NCBI RefSeq assembly: GCF_006345805.1
Contig: NC_043000.1
Span: forward strand, 119,784,001-119,848,000
Length of the DNA stretch: 64,000 nucleotides
Direction of reading: 5' to 3'
Source: Octopus sinensis
Taxonomy: Eukaryota
Shown piece by piece: positions 25,372 to 38,280 of the stretch. The position numbers were made by a program, and so were the translations under genes. Below the pieces are notes generated by a model. It searched no databases, had not been told where the DNA came from, and saw nothing but the letters and a program-made list of their open reading frames with translations. Numbering within the stretch: the first letter of the stretch is position 1; every line of letters starts with the position of its first letter.

Positions 25372-25787
25372 TATTTCTTTATTGCCTTCATGGGGCTAAA
25401 CACAGAGAGGACAAACAAGGACAGACAAAGGGATTAAGTCGATTTCATCGACCCCTGTGCGTAGCTGGTACTTAATTTATCGATCCTGAAAGGATGAAAG
25501 GCAAAGTCGACCTCGGTGGAATTTGAACTCAGAACGCAACGGCAGATGAAATACCTATTTCTTTATTACCCACAAGGGGCTAAACACAGAAGGGACAAAA
25601 AAGGACAAACAAATGGATTAAGTCGATTATATCGTCCCCAGTGTGTAGTTGGTACTTATTTAATCGACCCCGAAAGGATGAAAGGCAAAGTCGAGAATGG
25701 CGGAATTTGAACTCAGAATGTAACAGCAGACGAAATACCGTTGAGCATTTCACCTGGCTTGCTAACGTTTCTGCCAGCTCGCTGCTT
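25372..25787 (-). mobile_element. SINE family B dimer
   Basis: Same two-unit structure as 18035-18446. Confidence 0.85.
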
Positions 25788-26039
25788 TCGCATGAGCTGG
25801 ATACCATTCCTAATGCAAACCTTTTTACAGAGTTTACTGGGTGGCTTTTAAATGGCGCCAGCACCAGTGAGGTCACCAAGCAACTTGCAAGGCAAAACCC
25901 TTTCGACTGAAAGGGGGTGAGTAGTATTAAGAGAAGTGGCTTTATATCAGGTGATGAGAGGTTAAAATATGATTGAGGGATAGGAACAGGTGTCTTGCGG
26001 TAGGGGAGGTACATGGTTATCCCAGTTGGAAAAGATGGA

Positions 26040-26283
26040 GATGGCACGTAAAAAGCACCAACCGATCGAGGCTGTTGCCAGCCTCCCCTGGCATCTGTGC
26101 CAGTGGCACGTAAAAAGCACCCACTACACTCTCAGAGTGGTTGGCTTTAGGAAGGGCATCGAGCTGTAGAAACACTGCCAGCTCAGACTGGAGCCTAGTG
26201 CAGCCTCCTGGCCTCCCAGGCCCCGGTCGAACCGTCCAACCATGCTAGCATGGAAAACGGATGTTAAACGCTGATGATGATGA
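26040..26283 (+). mobile_element. RTE tail element
   Basis: ggcacgtaaaaagcacc modules and (GAT)n tail. Confidence 0.8.
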
Positions 26284-26364
26284 TTATAATGAAGATAAGG
26301 GTTTACTCTTAACTTACCAGAAGGTGAATATAAGTGACATGGGTGGGTAAGTTCTTGGGAGTGT

Positions 26365-26690
26365 GAAGAAGCGTGGCTTAGTGGTTAGGGTATTTGGCTC
26401 ATGATTGTAAGGCTGTGAGTTCAATTCCTGGCAGTGTATTGTGACCTTGAGCGAGACACTCTGTTTCACATTACTTCAGGCACTCATTTGGCAAAAATGA
26501 ATCGTACCTGTTATTCAAAGGACTAACCCTGTTACATTCTATGTCACACTGAATCTCTCTAAGAACTATATTAAGGGTATGTGAGTCTGTAGAGGGCTCA
26601 ACCACTTGCGTGTTAATTTCACAAACAGGCTGTTCTGTTGGTCCAGTCAGGTGGAACCTTCGTTATTGTAATGGATGCAATTCAGCATCA
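26365..26690 (+). mobile_element. SINE family E
   Basis: tggcttagtggttaggg / gagttcaattcctgg head; body matches 3275-3515. Confidence 0.7.
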
Positions 26691-28606
26691 TCATCAGCAT
26701 CGTTTAATATCAGCAAAGTTCTAGATCAGATTGAGCCTGAAGCAGCCTCTGGCTCACTAGTCCTCAGTCAAACTGTCCAACCCATGCCAGCATGGAAAGT
26801 GGACATTAAACGATGATGATGATGAATTGCCTAAAAACTAATATTTAATTACAAAAATATATATAATAAGATATTTTTAAACATTGAATGGCTATGGGGG
26901 TCCTGTAGAGTAAAATAGAAATATAGAGTGAAAAGGGGTTTGTTGTCAAAAACTGGTCGAGGACCCCTGAAATACATCAGTAAGATGGAACGCTAGCAAT
27001 ATCAGAAAATAAAGAAATGTCTTTATATTTCATCTCTCCTCATTATGTCACAATTTATCACTGGATGCAAGTACTAAATATTTGATGAGTGTTTTGTTAA
27101 GATGCTGTGCTGATTTTAACTCAACTTCTTAGAGAAAACATAGGTTAAGCATTCTCTTATGTCTTCTGTAGAATAATTACATTAATTACCAAGTCTTCTG
27201 AGACATCATCTTAAGAATCTATTGGATTTTGGAACTAAATATTGTTGTTGTGCTTAAGTAGGAGCCATGATAAAAGAACGACACTTTTGGCTCATTAAAA
27301 GAGATAAGTCATATATCTAGATGATTTATTGGAGAAGATTGAATATTTTTCTTCCTCTTTTTACAAGAGACAGAAATGTATATTTCATAAAGTGACTATA
27401 CAATGACTCGTAAGGAAATTAGAATTCATCTTTTCCTTCGAAAATTCTTTGAAAATTTCAAAGAAAATTTCCTTTGACTATAATTTCTTTCTTTGAATAA
27501 GTGAAAAGAGATGTCTTTGTAAATATTCATAGTCGAGTATTACACATAGCTGTAGAGAGCACAGAGAAATTGAAATGGCGCATTTCATAGAAAAAAATTA
27601 TCCATAACTTTGGTAATTTTTTCCCAGTAAATCCATTGTTAATCTTGAAAAGCAAGTCTGGTTCATTCTCAGGAGTAGAAGAGCTGTCAACTTTTGTGAG
27701 GAGAGTTTCCTTGTTAATAACTTCCTTTTAAACTACCATCTTCTTGAAGAAGAAATGCCAAATGCTTTCAACTTTTGTCTTGTCTTTTTTTTTTTATTAT
27801 TTTTATATATTTTGGCAATAATGGCTATACTTGAAGTCTCTGTCAGAAGACTGTTAGTATATTCAGTCCAAGGAATTGAATTTCTTTGGTAAAATGGGCT
27901 TTAGTTCAATTCGTTTTGTAAAGCTAATGTCAAACTGAAGTGTAATGAAATATAATGCAGCATGATTTATGTACAGACATAGAACATAATCGGTTACGTT
28001 CTCTTACAGAACCACAGCAGTTGTAGTAGACATGTAAAGCGTTAACTGATTTTATATATTTCTAAATACCAAGGTTCTTCTGAACAAGTCTATTTACGAT
28101 AATTACATAAGCCCATATGTAGTCTTTCTCAGGGCAGTGACTCAGACCTTTTATCAGTACACAAGATGCCTTTAAATCTGATTTTAGTGCATATTACAAG
28201 ATTTAAAAAATTTTTCAGCATCTCAAACAAGATTAGGTCTCCAAACATACGCCCTTACTTTCTTTGGTGTCTGTACATTCATGTATGTGTATATGAGTGT
28301 ATGTGTGTGTGCATGTGTGTCATGAATTGTGGGAAGAACATGTGCATGATATTGTCTCAGAATAAATAGTCTATTTTTATAGAAGATTATTCTCTTCAGT
28401 CAGTTCAGAATCAGGTCTAGTAAGTTGTTCTGTATTTGATGGCATCAAAGATGCACAGGCATGTTAGATGCATCCCAATTTCAGCAGAGCATATTGAGGA
28501 AAAATGTTTTTAGTGCATTCAAAGCATAAAGTATTTCAAGCAATTTTGCAATGCATTACAAAAGCACTTTAGCTACAAAACATTTTTGTATATAGACATT
28601 ATATAC

Positions 28607-29155
28607 TCTGTTGTGTCTGAGGAGAATCATTTTCTTTTTGTGCCTTATTATGTAAGAGTCAAAACTATTGGAAATGTTACAAGATGCAACGAAAATTTTA
28701 GGAAAATAAAAATACGGAATAAGTGGAAATTTTACTGGTGAGTATATTAAATTATAAGGCACAAAAAGAAAATGACTCTCCCCAGACACAACAGAATATG
28801 CTTCAACACACAAACTCATATAAAGAATCTTGCAAACCAAATCCAAAAACGAAATTATAAAGTTGGCAAATGGTGTTTTTTTTTTCTTTAAATGAAATGT
28901 TTCTATTGTGTCTGGGGAGAGTCATTTTCTTTTTGTGCCTTATTATGTAAGAGTCAAAGACTATTGAAAAGGTTGCAAGACACAACGAAAATTTTAGGAA
29001 AATAAAAATAAGAAATAAGTGGAAATTTTACTTGTGAGTGTGTTACATTATAAGGCACAAAAAGAAAATGACTCTCCCCAGACACAACAAAAAATACTTC
29101 AACACACGAAATCACATAAAGAATCTTGGAAACCAAATCCAAAAATGAAACATTA
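28607..29155. mobile_element. Tandem duplication (period ~295 bp) of a fold-back MITE with ~38-bp arms
   Basis: Arms ttgtgtctg(a/g)ggaga(a/g)tcattttctttttgtgccttat / ataaggcacaaaaagaaaatgactctcccagacacaa at 28607-28794 and 28906-29086. Confidence 0.85.
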
Positions 29156-29167
29156 TATACGTTATAT

Positions 29168-29477
29168 CACCGTGATCACCGTGACCAACCAAGCTATCAG
29201 ATGTTGCTACACATCGCTGGTCACAATGCGCTTCGCATTGTTTTAGCCTTCAAATGACACCACCCCGCTGGCTAAGCGAGCAGGCCGACAGAAGAAAGAG
29301 TGAGAGAAAGTTGTGGCGAAAGAGTACAGCAGGGATCGCCACCACCCCCTACCGGAGCTCGTGGAGCTTTAGGTGTTTTCGCTCAATAAACACTCACAAC
29401 GCCCGGTCTGGGAATCGAAACCGCGATCCTACGACTGCGAGTCCGCTGCCCTAACCACTGGGCCATTGCACCTCCAC
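29168..29477 (-). mobile_element. Young tRNA-derived SINE family C
   Basis: CpG-rich; reverse-complement head ggcccagtggttagggcagcggactcgcag...ttcgattccc; 13-bp TSD atatacgttatat at 29155-29167 and 29478-29490. Confidence 0.9.
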
Positions 29478-29804
29478 ATATACGTTATATACAAAACATT
29501 ATTGTATATAAAGCTGGAAAACATTACTGTATATAAAGACTTAATATAACTGCTCATATTATGGAATCAAGCTTGGTAGAAAAGATTGTCAGGATTAGAA
29601 ATAGCATATAGTAGTGAGTGGCAGGCTCAAAATTAATTTATGGGAGGCCCAGCTTTGCATATAAAGCCTGGAGTGATTTTTGGAGATAATTTTTTTGTTT
29701 TGAAAATATGCCAAGACATATGGTAGTTCTTTTGTCTTCTTATAGAGCCTGTTCTTGCTACATCCTTAAAGTAATGGTATTCCTTTTTGTTGCTGCAAGA
29801 ATTG

Positions 29805-30008
29805 GCTTGACTGGCAGAAACGTTAGCACGTTGGGTGATATTCTTAGCAATTTTTCGTCTATCTTTATGTTCTGAGTTCAAATTCCACTGAGGTTGACTT
29901 TGCCTTTTGTCCTTTCAAGGTCAAAAGATTAAGTACCAGTTGCATACTGGGGTTGATCTAATTGACTGGCCCCGCCCCAAAAGTTTTGGGCTTTGTGCCT
30001 AGAGTAGA
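29805..30008 (+). mobile_element. SINE family B variant
   Basis: ctggcagaaacgttagcacg...gagttcaaattcc...agttttgggctttgtgcctagagtag. Confidence 0.8.
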
Positions 30009-31305
30009 AAAGAAGAGGCGTGACTATGTCTACAAATTTTGGTATATACTGCTGATAATAGTCAATCTCAAATAGTTTTCATTTTTTTTTTGTTTGATTT
30101 AGGAACATTAATCCATTGGATGTTGTTTGGAAGGTCATGTGATTGTTTGATCCCAACCTTTGAACTATTCGTTCTTAGGAAATCTATGAAAGATACTTAG
30201 TTAACTCATTTATTCAGATTAATCAATACATTGGCTCCTTTTAATCTGGGAATAGCTTTATTTCCTTGATTCATCAAATGATTCTGAGTTGCTGCAAAGA
30301 GGAGCATGTCACCCTCACAGATAATTATACTGTTAATTCTCTTCCATACAGACTCCATCCAATGTCTAAACACCAAAATATCCAATGTTAAATAAGTCAG
30401 GATTGAATTGGCAATGCGAAATCAAGGGCTCCGAAATGACTGTACCAAAACGTCACATACCCTTGCTTATATATGGAATGAAATTTCCTTCAAAATATTC
30501 AAAGCTTAACATTATATTTTCCCCTGTAATATATCTAATAAAACTACATGTAAACAAAATCCTTTGGTTGCTTGCAACAAATTAAAACTCACAATAACGA
30601 ACGCTTAATTCTCTATATTTAATAATTCTATTTTATTTATTTAATCACATGCAACAACACGGTTTATTAAATTGCACCATATGTAATAATATAACAACAT
30701 ACTCTGACTGCCCAGGCATGTATTTACATACTTTCTCTTCTGTATTTCAATTATATCGAATACATTTTCTGGTGTAAAACACATTTGGAAGCTTATCAAG
30801 GAAAGCAAAGTACATGTCAATATTAAACAGCAATAACACTGTTGTGGTCGGGGCTGTAAAGTGCAATTATGGCATTGATAAAGTCTAAAAGAAGTTGCTT
30901 CTTCTTTATTCATATTTGGTGAATGTAGCCTTGACCAGCAGGAATTGATGTCATCAGACAGTATCCAACCATGAGCTGTAACACTCTCCTGTTGGTGGAT
31001 CAGTAGTGGTGGCCTAATCACTGCATATCTTCTCCTCCTGGCATCTAGCTTAACTCCTCTTTTGCTCTATAATTAGCCGGAGGTTCTTTCTCTTGCCTCT
31101 CCCTTCCTACATACAGCTACCTTTTGCCCTTTTCTTCTGATTCCAGTGGTTGTAAGCATCCTCCATACTGACTGGGCAGAGAATTAATTCCCTTCAGCCA
31201 ATCTCAGCTAGGAATAGCTATGATTGCCATTCCTTCACACTGCAACCCTGCAAAAGGTTCTAGTTTTTGGCATGCTTCCATTCAACGGAAGTGTGCCAAG
31301 TACTA

Positions 31306-31349
<44 letters not shown>

Positions 31350-31351
<2 letters not shown>

Positions 31352-31920
31352 CATCATCATCATTTAACATCCGTTTTCCATGCCGGCATAGGTTGGACGG
31401 TTTGACTGGGGTCTGGGAAGCCAGGAGGCTACACCAGGCTCCAGTTTGATCTGGCAGTGTTTCTACAGCTGGATGCTCTTCCTAACGCCAACCACTCTGA
31501 GAGTGTAGTGGCTGCTTTTTATGTGCCACCAGTATAGGGGCCAGAGGGGGCTGGCAGTGACCACAATAGGTTGGTTCCATTTTACGTGCCACTGGCACGG
31601 AATCCAGTCAAGGCAGTGCTGGCATTGGCCACATTCAGATGGTGCTTTTTACGTGCCACCAGCACGGGGGTCACAACTACAATTTCCATTTGATCTTACG
31701 TGACTCAATAGGTCTCCTGAAGCACAGCATGTCACTCTACGATCCAAGGGTACTTTTGAATGGGCTGGTTATGCAAAACTGGTGTAGATTACAGCTGTGA
31801 ACTCACTTTATTTGCCAAGTCTTCTCAGTCACAGCATATCTGTGGAGTTCTCAGTCTTTTGTCATTGCCACTGTGAGGCCCAGCATTCAAAGGTCATGCT
31901 TCACCACCTCATCCCATGTT
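31350..31920 (-). mobile_element. RTE LINE 3' end
   Basis: atcatcatcatttaacatccg...catgcttcaccacctcatcccatgt. Confidence 0.8.
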
Positions 31921-31923
31921 TCC

Positions 31924-31954
<31 letters not shown>

Positions 31955-32390
31955 GTGTGTATTTTACACCATTCGATCATCACATACATAATCCGTTCCA
32001 ATATTGTGTTTCCTTTGCCCCCTTTTAAATTCAGTCCAGTATTTAAACTACTTAAGTCCGATGGTATGTTAAAGGGTTAAGGTACCCTGCTCCAGCCAGT
32101 CCCTTATTTACTGGTTCACTGAAAACCATCCATGTACCCCACTGGCTTTTGATATATGTTATAAAAGATATAATGAATGAAATATCCAGTAGTTGAAGAA
32201 TTAATGCCTGTCCTCATCTTATAGCAATTGATCTTGTTTTGCTCCATAAACACAGTGTAAATCAGATAGTGTGGTGGACATGTTTGACCCATCCCTAATG
32301 TCTACTCCCTTGGGAGGGAAAAGAAACTCATAGACTTATAGGTGTGGGAACATGCATTATTGGGTGTGCCAAGTTAGTAAATATATAGGC

Positions 32391-32840
32391 ACAGGAATGG
32401 CTGATGGTAACAAGCTTGCTTCCCAACCACATGGTTCTGGGTTCAGTTCCACTATGGGGCATCTTTAGCGAGTGTTTCCTACTATAGCCTCGGGCTGACC
32501 AAAGCCTTGTGAGAGGGCTTGGTAGATGGAAACTGAAAGAAACCCATTGTATTTATACCAATACATGTATATGCATGTATGTATGTATTTGTATGTATGT
32601 GTATATATATGTATATATATATATATATATGTGTGTGTATATATATAGGTATGTATGTATGTTTGTGTGTCTGTTTGTCCCCCCCACCAACATCGCTTGA
32701 CAACCGATGCTGGTGTGTTTACATCCACGTAACTTAGTGGTTCGACAAAAGACCGATAGAATAAGTACTAGGCCTACAAAGAGTAAATCCTGGGTGTGAT
32801 TTGTTTGACTAAAGGCAGTGCTCCAGCATGGCCACAAATA
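32391..32840 (+). mobile_element. SINE family A
   Basis: Full head, microsatellite and tail structure. Confidence 0.85.
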
Positions 32841-33302
32841 AAAGAAGAAAAGAATACAAGAAATATATTTGTGTGTTAACAAACGGACATACATTTGTGT
32901 ATTTCGTACATGTGAATTTCAGTTCATTGGTTGATAGATTGCTTATTCCCATGGGTTATTAAGATGAAAGATGAGGTGATTCATAAAATTTTAATTTTGA
33001 TCTGTACCATCCATTCCCTTCCAGAAATGAGTAAGCATCTGGACTTGAATGTTCATCTATGCATGCACATGTACTGATGGACATCCAACCCCACCACCGC
33101 CCCCACACACAATCCATTTACAAAGACAACGGAACTCATCATGAAATGAATTAATGAATAACCATTTAACTACATTCACATTTTACGGAATTCACACTGT
33201 GTGCACATGTGGACACATGAATGCATGTGCACTCCGCATCACACCATGCGGGCATGCATGTACAGATGCATATATAGGTGTACATTTACACACACACACA
33301 CA

Positions 33303-33373
<71 letters not shown>

Positions 33374-33411
33374 CACACTCTCTCTCTATCTCACTCTCTC
33401 ACACACACATG

Positions 33412-33525
33412 CACATTCTCATTCACATCCCCATGAATATACATCTGTGAAGTAGGAGACAATCAAACCTGGAATAGAGAGGTTATGTCGCTGATGAAGT
33501 TGGAAATGACAAGAAGAGGACTCTG
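33412..33525 (+). repeat. Arm of an inverted repeat pair (partner 38082-38194), preceded by (CA)n(CT)n
   Basis: 50/50 identity for 33412-33461 vs the reverse complement of 38145-38194. Confidence 0.9.
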
Positions 33526-33654
33526 GACAAACCCAGCTGATTCAATCATTGACTGCATGACTAAACAAACAATCAATTAGTTAATTGATTAACTAGTTGA
33601 CTAGCAGCAACAATAAGGATAATAATAATAATAATGATAATAATAATAATAATA

Positions 33655-34031
33655 AGGCTGATGATATGTGCATCTCTGATCACGAGCAGAAGTAGTGGGG
33701 GAGCATCATAGCCATGTGTTGAGAAGGATTCTTTGGGGTTTGAATAATTCCCCTCTGGAAACCTGGGTGTTTCGTTCAACGTCCTTAAACAACTCTTATT
33801 CAGGGACCTTTTGAGCGGAATGGGTTACTCGATCTGAAGAAAATTCTAACTGGGCTCCACCTGCAAGGTCATGTGCTGTTTATCTTGATATGAGATCACC
33901 ATGTCGCGCACATATGGTTGTGATGCATGTGCCTGGTGTACCCTTATCAGACGGGTAGTCATGATGGGTATATTGGGCTTCGTATATTTTACTCCAGTGT
34001 CACTTTGATGGCATGCACTGCACTCTCACTC
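33655..34031 (+). mobile_element. Non-coding interspersed element flanked on both sides by (AAT)n
   Basis: (AAT)n 33619-33654 and 34032-34055; family identity not established from sequence alone. Confidence 0.55.
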
Positions 34032-34053
34032 AATAGTAATAATAATAATAATA

Positions 34054-34772
34054 ATCTCAGGATGTCCTCTGCTGACGCCAAGCAAATGCAAAAATTGCCA
34101 TGACAAGGTAGGACAGTATTTACATTGGAAAATATGTGAACACTACAAAATCAGTACTCCTGCTTACTGGTATGAACATCATTTTGAGCCAGTCATTGAA
34201 GGTAAAATGTCACTATCCTCTGGAATTTTCCAGTCAACACTGACAGACAGAATGCTCCAGGCTAATTGACCAGACATAGTCATTAAAGACAGGGACGAAA
34301 AAAATACTTGTAGACTAATAGATGTGAGTGTTCCCACTGATGAAAATATATCTGTAAAGGAATTTGATGAATTATGTAAATATAAGGACCTGGAAATTGA
34401 AATACAAAAGATGTGACATCTTAAAAGGAGAACTGTTCCTAGGTATGATAAAAAAAAAAAAAGGATGTCAGAAACATCTAGATAACATTCCAGGAGAACC
34501 ATGTCTCAGAAATCCAAAAGATTGCGCTGACAAGTACTGCCCACAACCTTAGCAGACCCCAATCAATTTAAAAGTCTGTGTTGTATTACAGGAAGATATT
34601 TTGCTACTGTCCCTGCCACTTCCCTTCCCCAAGCTTTTAGTCATACTGTAACATCTCTCATCCTTCACTTACCCTAGGACGTTGGGTGTGTCTTGGCAAG
34701 TGATTGGAAAAACATGCAGATTAAAAGGAAATAACAACTATAACAATAATGATGATGATGATAATAATAATA
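34054..34772 (+). pseudogene. 3' end of an R4/Dong-type LINE: restriction-like endonuclease domain remnant, 3' UTR and AAT/GAT tail
   Basis: ISGCPLL...HDKVGQYLHWKIC...WYEH..EPV...TILWNF...PDIVIKD...LIDVSVP.DENI..KE..KYKDLEIEIQKM...IQKIALTSTAHNL. Confidence 0.88.
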
Positions 34773-35342
34773 ACAGAGGTAAAACAAAATCAGTGTATCT
34801 GATTATTAGTGTTTTATATATATATATATGTATGTATGTATGTATATATAATGAATATTCATCTCAAAATGATTCTCTGGTGATGTAATTCTTACATAAT
34901 TTTGTTGTGCTGTAAGAATTATTGAAACAGCTGTAAGAATGAATGTGTTAAAATATCTCTGATAATTTTTGCATTACTTTTCTAACATATTTAGCTCTGT
35001 TCATGTGTTATAGCCATGAATATACATTTTACTTGTGATTGTCGAAGTCTGAAAGTACATCGAGCTCCAATCCAAATGTTTATTTGTTCTTCATAAAAAG
35101 CACATCTCAATGTTATTTATGTGTGTATATGTATATATACTTCTTTCTCACTGTTTGATAACAAGCGTTGCGTTGTTTACATTCTTGTAATTTAGAGGCT
35201 CATAAAAGAAATACTAGACCTAAAGCTAGGTATTGGGGTTGGGTCAATTTTATACACTAAATCCTTCAAGGCACTTCCCTAGCATTGCCACCACCAACTG
35301 AAATGTATGCATGCACATATATATATACATACATATATATAT

Positions 35343-35725
35343 ATGGGCGCAGGAGTGGTTGTGTGGTAAGTAGGTTGCTTACCAAGCACATGGTTCTGGG
35401 TTCAGTCCCACTGCATGGCACTTTGGGTAAGTGTCTTCTACTATAGCCTTCAGCTGACCAAAGCCTTGTGAGTGGATTTGATAGATGGAAACTGAAAGAA
35501 GCCTATTGTGTATATATGTATGTATGTGTGTGTATATGTTTGTGTGTCTGTATTTGTCTCCACCAACATTACCTGATAACCACTGCTGGTGTGTTTACAT
35601 CCCTGTAACATAGCAGTTCATCAAAAGAGGCCGATGGAATAAGTACTAGGCTTAGAAAGAATAAGTCTTGAGGTCGATTTGCTCCACCATGGCCACAGTC
35701 AAATGACTGGAACAAGTAAAAGAAT
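35343..35725 (+). mobile_element. SINE family A
   Basis: gggcgcaggagtggttgtgtggtaag...aaatgactggaacaagtaaaag. Confidence 0.85.
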
Positions 35726-35769
35726 ACATATATTTATGAACTTTTATCTTGCTAGCTACTTGTGACCCT

Positions 35770-36090
35770 GTTAGTGCTGGTGCTATGTAAAAAGTACTGC
35801 AACAGGTACCATGTAAAAGGCACTAGTGTTCATCCCAAGTAAAAAGCACTGGTGATGGTGCCACATAAAAAGCACTGGTGATGGTGCCACGTATGTCACA
35901 CTGGTGCTGATGCCATGTAAACAGCAACCAGTGCTCTCTGTAAAATGGTTGGCATTAGGAAGGACATCTTGCCATAGAAACCATGCCAGAACAGACAATG
36001 GAGCCTAGCGTGTGTGTGTGTCCCCGCCAGTTTTACCAGCACCTGTGAAACCATCCAACCCATGCCAACAAAGAAAATGGATGATGATTA
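35770..36090 (+). mobile_element. RTE tail element with degenerate ~26-bp tandem modules
   Basis: taaaaagcactggtgatggtgccac x2 plus degenerate neighbours. Confidence 0.7.
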
Positions 36091-37460
36091 TGATAATACA
36101 TATATTGAATTCTTGTAGATATATATTTAATGATAAAATCTTGATTTGATTTTCACTTGGTGCTGAATACAACAAATTTTTTTTATCTTAGAATGCAGTT
36201 CTCTTAGTTGTGGAGTTTTTTTTCATTTGTCGCCATTGAGAAATAATTACTTGTGTCTTTTAGCTGTTTATGTATCTAAGCATACCTCAATGTAATTGAA
36301 CTTGCATGTTTCAATCTCTGAAGAGAGGTTTTGATACTCACCCAAGAAATTCTAGCAGAATTGAAATAAAGGTGAGTTAGTTTATATCGCCATAAAATAT
36401 TCATTTACAGAACTAAATAACACTTCAATGTAATGGAAGTTATGATTTTGCTGATAAAAATTCATTTGCTGTGAATGTGTGAAATATAAATGTTTTTGTT
36501 TGTGAAAAAGAGAAAAACAAAAAAAAAAAAAATTAAAGCATTTGATAAAGAAAAAAATTGCATCTGTATGTGTTGCTTTTATCATTCTTTGTCTCTAGAT
36601 ATTTATGTATGACTTCCTCTCAGTTTTCAATTAAATTTTTTTTTGCTTTTTCTTTTTGACCTTTTGTGATTTTGATAGGATTTAATAATACAAAATAAAG
36701 CAAATATTAAAATGAAAAATGGAATAGAAATTGAAAAATGTAATTTGGAAAATCATCACTCAATCTCATGCTGTTGAAATGGTTTTCAACTAACGATTGT
36801 AAAAACTGTCTGGAGCCCTAGAGTTTATTAATATTGCTGTTGCTGTTGACGTTTTTGTCAATTTTGTTATTTTACAAAGTAATGAGCGTCATTATTTTAG
36901 GAGATATATTAGGATTTATTAATATTGTTGAGAAAGTTTATTTATAAATAAATGTCTTTTATTTTTCATATCTATTAAAATTCTGCTTATTTTTCAAATT
37001 CGTGTGTGAGATTTTTCAGAACTTTCTGGCATCTTCCATTCTTTCTCGACACAACTTTTACTTAGAAACAATCCAAACACATGCAGTTAAGCACCCTACC
37101 TTGACTGTTTTCAAATTCTCTTTTTGGTTTAAGGTTTTTCTAATTCTTCATACTGCAGTTATGGTACAGTATCTTTCTCAAAGGAATACAGCTAAACTTA
37201 TGATCCATAGAACCAAGATTTTAAGTTCCTGAAATTCAGTTAAACCATTCATTCATTTTCTGTGCCCACTTTTCCTTGGAGGGTCATAGGGGTTAAATCC
37301 CTTGGTACCTCTTCCATAGAATCCCATCAAAAACAACCTAAATTACATTTTCCAGAAACAACTTACTTTCATTACACCTTCAGTCACAAGTGGAAATTGT
37401 CATATTGGTAAAAGCATAGATGTGGAGGTGTGAAAAAATGCACCTAGTATATTCTTTTCT

Positions 37461-37776
37461 GTGGAGGCACATGGCCTAGTGGTTAGAGCAGCGGACTCGT
37501 GGTCGAGGGATTGTGGGTTCAAATCACAGACCGGGCGATGTGTGTGTTTATGAGCGAAACACCTAAGCTCCACGCGGCTCCGGCAGAAGGTAATGGTGGA
37601 CTTCTGCTGACTCTTTCACCACAACTTTCTCTCACTCTTTCCTCCTGCATCTTGCAGCTCACCTGTGACAGACTGGCATCCCATCCAGGTGGGGATCCTA
37701 TATGCCAAGGAAGCCGGGAAACTGGCCTTAATGAGCCAGGCATGGCTTGAGAAGAAACAAACAACAAACAACAACA
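37461..37776 (+). mobile_element. SINE family C
   Basis: 12-bp TSD atattcttttct at 37449-37460 and 37777-37788; (AAC)-rich tail. Confidence 0.88.
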
Positions 37777-38081
37777 ATATTCTTTTCTATTCTAAGCACT
37801 AGGCCTGAAATTTTTGGGGAGGGGGCCAGTCGCTTAGCTTGACCTCAGTACTTAACTGGTACTTAATTTATCAACCCCCAAAAGGCTGAAAGGCACAGCC
37901 AACCTCAGTGGAATTTGAAATGCACTAGTATATTCTGTAAAGTGTAAGGTTATGAAGACCCTTTAACCTTGTTGAGGACATGGTACCTCTCTCGTGCTTA
38001 TTCCATGAGAAAAGCACCCAGTACACTGGTGCTTTTGTTGGAATTAAGAAGGGAATCCAGTCAGGGAAACCAAGGTGTGTG

Positions 38082-38193
38082 CAGAGTCCTCTCATTGTCA
38101 TTTCCAACTTCATCAGCGACATACCTCTCTATTCTAGGTTTGTCTGTCTCCTACTTCACAGATGTATATTCATGGGGATGTGAATGAGAATGT

Positions 38194-38194
<1 letters not shown>
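38082..38194 (-). repeat. Inverted partner of 33412-33525, followed by (TG)n(GA)n
   Basis: See partner. Confidence 0.9.

Positions 38195-38280
<86 letters not shown>

Noticed and set aside
33485-33512. CTGATGA...GAAA hammerhead-like motif
   Set aside because: No stem II and no stem III/cleavage triplet can be formed.
36300-36371. Strong donor AAG|gtgagt as the missing upstream PNPT1 exon
   Set aside because: The phase-2 frame ends in TAA, other frames do not resemble PNPase, and there is no clear acceptor.
37010-37090. ttttcag|aactttctgg... as the upstream PNPT1 exon
   Set aside because: Stop codon after 23 codons and no donor at a suitable position.
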